Of a stretch of DNA of 64,000 nucleotides, positions 61,782-64,000 are shown piece after piece. This DNA is from Candidatus Micrarchaeaceae archaeon (lineage in GTDB: Archaea; Micrarchaeota; Micrarchaeia; Micrarchaeales; Micrarchaeaceae). Location of the stretch: assembly GCA_050749665.1 (NCBI GenBank), contig JBOGRY010000018.1, positions 152,206 to 216,205 on the forward strand, given 5' to 3'. The translations under genes were made by a program, and so were the position numbers. The notes under the pieces are model-generated. The model was given only the letters and a program-made list of their open reading frames with translations, made no database searches and had not been told where the DNA came from. Position 1 is the stretch's first letter; every line of letters begins with the position of its first letter.

Positions 61782-62804
61782 ATGAACGACCTGGGAACCG
61801 ATGACTTTGTGGTGAAGCTGGCTGTAGTAGGGGCCGGCGGGCAGGGATGCAACCTTGTGAACAGACTGTACACAAACGGACTGAAGAGCGCGACGACCAT
61901 AGCGCTCAACACCGATGCCAAGCACCTTGGCATAGTGCAGGCGCACAAGAAGCTTCTAATAGGCGGACCTCTTACGAGGGGACTTGGAGCGGGAGGATTT
62001 CCTGAGATAGGCTCAAAGGCCGCTGAGGTCAGCAAGGAGGAAATCAGAAAAGCAGTATCAGGATACAACATGGTGTTCGTAGCCGCAGGGATGGGAGGCG
62101 GCACAGGAGGAGGCTCAGCGCCCATAATAGCAGAGGTAGCAAGGGAGGAAGGCGCGCTGGTTGTGGCTTTCGTCACATATCCGTTCGCGCTCGAGAGGAG
62201 CAGGAAGAAGAAGGCGGACTGGAGCATAGAGCAGCTCAGCAAGCAGGCAGACACTACCATAATAATAGAAAACGACCGACTGTTGAGCTATGCGCCCAAT
62301 CTTCCTATAGAAAAGGCTTTCGATCTGATAGACAGCATAGCATCAAACGCCGTAAGGGGAATAGCCGACACGGTGACACTGCCCAGCCTGATAAATCTGG
62401 ACTTCGCAGACTTACGCACGGTAATGGGCAACGCAGGCCCGGCTATGATAAACATAGGATACGGATACGGCCCAGACAAGGTGGAGAAGGCAATAAAGTC
62501 CACTATAGCGCACCCGCTCCTTGATGTTGAGCTTGCCGGAGCGAAGAGCGCAATGGTTCATGTAACAGGAGGAGCCGCGCTTACGATACAGGAGGCTACA
62601 TTAGTCGGGGAGGGCGTGACAGAGGGCATCGCAGACAACGCCAACGTGATATTCGGCTCAAGGCTTGAGCCAGAGCTCAAGGACCAGATAAGGGTCATGT
62701 CCATAGTTACCGGAGTGAAGCCAAAGTTCGGCACTGCGTCATCGCTTCTTGGGAGACAGGCATCTACAGATGCGTCTTATGTTGCAGGGCTTGAGACCCT
62801 GTAA
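61782..62804 (+). CDS. ftsZ: Cell division protein FtsZ (paralog C), in tandem with paralog B
   Basis: 'GAGGQGCNLVNRL', 'LTRGLGAGGFPEIG', 'AGMGGGTGGGSAPIIAEVA', 'VTYPFALERSR' and 'NLDFADLRT' are present. ATG 61782 sits 7 nt after SD GGTG. An alternative GTG is at 61773. Confidence 0.9.
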   Translation: MNDLGTDDFVVKLAVVGAGGQGCNLVNRLYTNGLKSATTIALNTDAKHLGIVQAHKKLLIGGPLTRGLGAGGFPEIGSKAAEVSKEEIRKAVSGYNMVFVAAGMGGGTGGGSAPIIAEVAREEGALVVAFVTYPFALERSRKKKADWSIEQLSKQADTTIIIENDRLLSYAPNLPIEKAFDLIDSIASNAVRGIADTVTLPSLINLDFADLRTVMGNAGPAMINIGYGYGPDKVEKAIKSTIAHPLLDVELAGAKSAMVHVTGGAALTIQEATLVGEGVTEGIADNANVIFGSRLEPELKDQIRVMSIVTGVKPKFGTASSLLGRQASTDASYVAGLETL

Positions 62805-62922
62805 CCCTTCCTTTTTCTTCCATCAAATCCATGCGCAGCTGATTCCGAGGACACAGCCTAGTATATATAAATAGTTTCTCATCTCAATCTAATCTGTTCT
62901 AATCTAGTTGCAGATGTATTAA

Positions 62923-63324
62923 ATGGAAGACGATGAGATACAATTCGCCTCGATGAAGGACATAAAGGTCGGCAGGTTCATACTGATAGACAATGTCCCG
63001 TGCAAGGTAGTGGACATAGAGACCAGCTCTCCTGGCAAGCACGGCTCTGCAAAGATGCGCGTAACCGCCATAGGCATATTCGATAGCCAGAAGAAGACCC
63101 TGCTCTCGCCAAGCCATGCCGACGTAGAAGTACCCGTTATAAAGAAGAAGAAGGCCCAGGTAGTCTCTGTGAGCGGCGAGACCGCGCAGCTTATGGATGC
63201 AGAGACTTACGAAGTATTCGATCTTCCAATAACTGACGAGTTCAGGGGCAAGCTCAACGCAGGGGCAGAAGTGGAAGTAATGGAAGCGATGGGTAAAAGG
63301 GCGCTTTCGCGCGTGCTTAGCTGA
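62923..63324 (+). CDS. eif5a: Translation initiation factor aIF5A
   Basis: 'PCKVVDIETSSPGKHGSAKMRV' contains the hypusination loop (S.PGKHG.AK). Confidence 0.9.
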   Translation: MEDDEIQFASMKDIKVGRFILIDNVPCKVVDIETSSPGKHGSAKMRVTAIGIFDSQKKTLLSPSHADVEVPVIKKKKAQVVSVSGETAQLMDAETYEVFDLPITDEFRGKLNAGAEVEVMEAMGKRALSRVLS

Positions 63325-63328
63325 TTAT

Positions 63329-63673
63329 ATGGAACTTGAAATAATATCCAAGAAGGAGAACGTCCTGTTCAAGAGGAAGGAGATACTGTTCTCAATAGAG
63401 GGCTCCGCCGGCACAACGAGGCGCAACGACGTCAAGGCTGAAATATGCAAAAGGCTGAACCTTAGCCCGGAGTATACAATAGTCGTAAGGATAGACCAGG
63501 GCTTCGGAAGCAAGAAAAGCACAGGCGTAGCCCACTCCTACGACTCCAAGGAAACTATGGAGACATACGAGCAAAAGCACGTTTTGGCAAGAGTATCGAA
63601 GGGCGCCACAAAACAGAATGCACAGGTCGAGAAGGCAGAAGGCAAAGAGGCGAAGGCAGAGGAAGCAAAGTGA
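63329..63673 (+). CDS. rps24e: Ribosomal protein eS24 (S24e)
   Basis: '[20 protein letters not shown]....[32 protein letters not shown]' matches the S24e pattern. It has a Lys/Glu/Ala-rich tail. Confidence 0.85.
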   Translation: MELEIISKKENVLFKRKEILFSIEGSAGTTRRNDVKAEICKRLNLSPEYTIVVRIDQGFGSKKSTGVAHSYDSKETMETYEQKHVLARVSKGATKQNAQVEKAEGKEAKAEEAK

Positions 63674-63678
63674 TAATC

Positions 63679-63822
63679 ATGGCTGAAAAGAAGGCAAAAA
63701 AAAGTCATGCACCTTACAAGCCTGGAAGGCAGTGCCCGAAATGCAATTCAAAGATGGCCGACCACGCCGATAGGTACTCATGCGGCAAGTGCGGCTACAC
63801 CGAGTTCAAGCAGAAGAAGTGA
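63679..63822 (+). CDS. rps27ae: Ribosomal protein eS31 (S27ae)
   Basis: Not in the ORF track (47 aa). '[22 protein letters not shown]' is the S27ae zinc ribbon. It lies directly after rps24e, the conserved archaeal gene pair. Confidence 0.8.
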   Translation: MAEKKAKKSHAPYKPGRQCPKCNSKMADHADRYSCGKCGYTEFKQKK

Positions 63823-63829
63823 GCAGCCA

Positions 63830-64000
63830 ATGCTCGTAAAACTTTCGAAAAAAAGGAGGGCAACGCAGCAGAAGGGGCCTGAAAAAGCAGCAATAAGATA
63901 CGTCTCCTACATAATCACGTCCGTACTCGTAGTGCTGATGTTCCTTTTCTCATTGTACTATGCAAACGGCACAATGTCGCAGCCCATGTCGCTCGCCGAT
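63830..64000 (+). CDS. Hypothetical membrane protein, 5' part only (runs off the window)
   Basis: ATG 63830 gives 'MLVKLSKKRRATQQKGPEKAAIRYVSYIITSVLVVLMFLFSLYY...'. The frame is open to the window end. Confidence 0.35.
   Translation, partial: MLVKLSKKRRATQQKGPEKAAIRYVSYIITSVLVVLMFLFSLYYANGTMSQPMSLAD

Overview
This window is a gene-dense archaeal chromosome segment, about 90% coding, with many 1-11 nt gene overlaps. Starts are either preceded by a GGTG/GGAGGT Shine-Dalgarno (SD) motif or sit about 25-35 nt after a TATA box, which implies leaderless mRNAs. GTG and TTG starts are frequent. Archaeal identity is clear from Orc1/Cdc6, MCM, a histone, aIF1A/aIF2-beta/aIF5A, aEF-1beta, a TBP-like repeat, RpoP, and r-proteins eL41, eL43, eS24, eS31, eS8 and uL16. 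It is further supported by a complete exosome/proteasome superoperon running Rpp30-Pop5-PsmA-SBDS-Rrp4-Rrp41-Rrp42-L37ae-x-RpoP. The compact layout, apparently split or truncated genes and intron-containing tRNA suggest a small-genome (DPANN- or Thermoplasmata-like) archaeon, but I cannot name it from sequence alone. Other content: the nuoL-M-N end of complex I, SRP54, SecY, and Cys-, His- and Met-tRNA synthetases. Also present are Rad50, three FtsZ paralogs, glutamate dehydrogenase, Tmk, a type-1 IDI, an OTC-like transcarbamylase and Dph2. Three DUF361-style class-III-signal (pilin-like) proteins occur, one of them a 915-aa adhesin-like protein. Features absent from the ORF track that I could read directly are an SRP (7S) RNA, tRNA-Arg(TCT) with a 36-nt intron, tRNA-Ser(GCT), and small genes for eL41, RpoP, eS31 and a COG2888-type Zn-ribbon protein. 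I saw no CRISPR array, transposase or rRNA. The most unusual observations are listed here. (1) A stand-alone single-repeat TBP fragment with no canonical start. (2) A translationally coupled operon of a thioredoxin-fold DUF929 protein, a 4-TM Cys-containing protein and a V4R protein directly upstream of secY, a candidate DsbA/DsbB-like pair. (3) Tandem pilin paralogs, one with its leader peptide out of frame at a homopolymer. (4) Three bona fide FtsZ genes, two of them in tandem. (5) A eukaryote-like type-1 IDI. (6) A small accessory-looking islet holding a PD-(D/E)xK-like gene and a hexapeptide beta-helix gene. All functional calls rest on motif recognition by eye; no database search was run.
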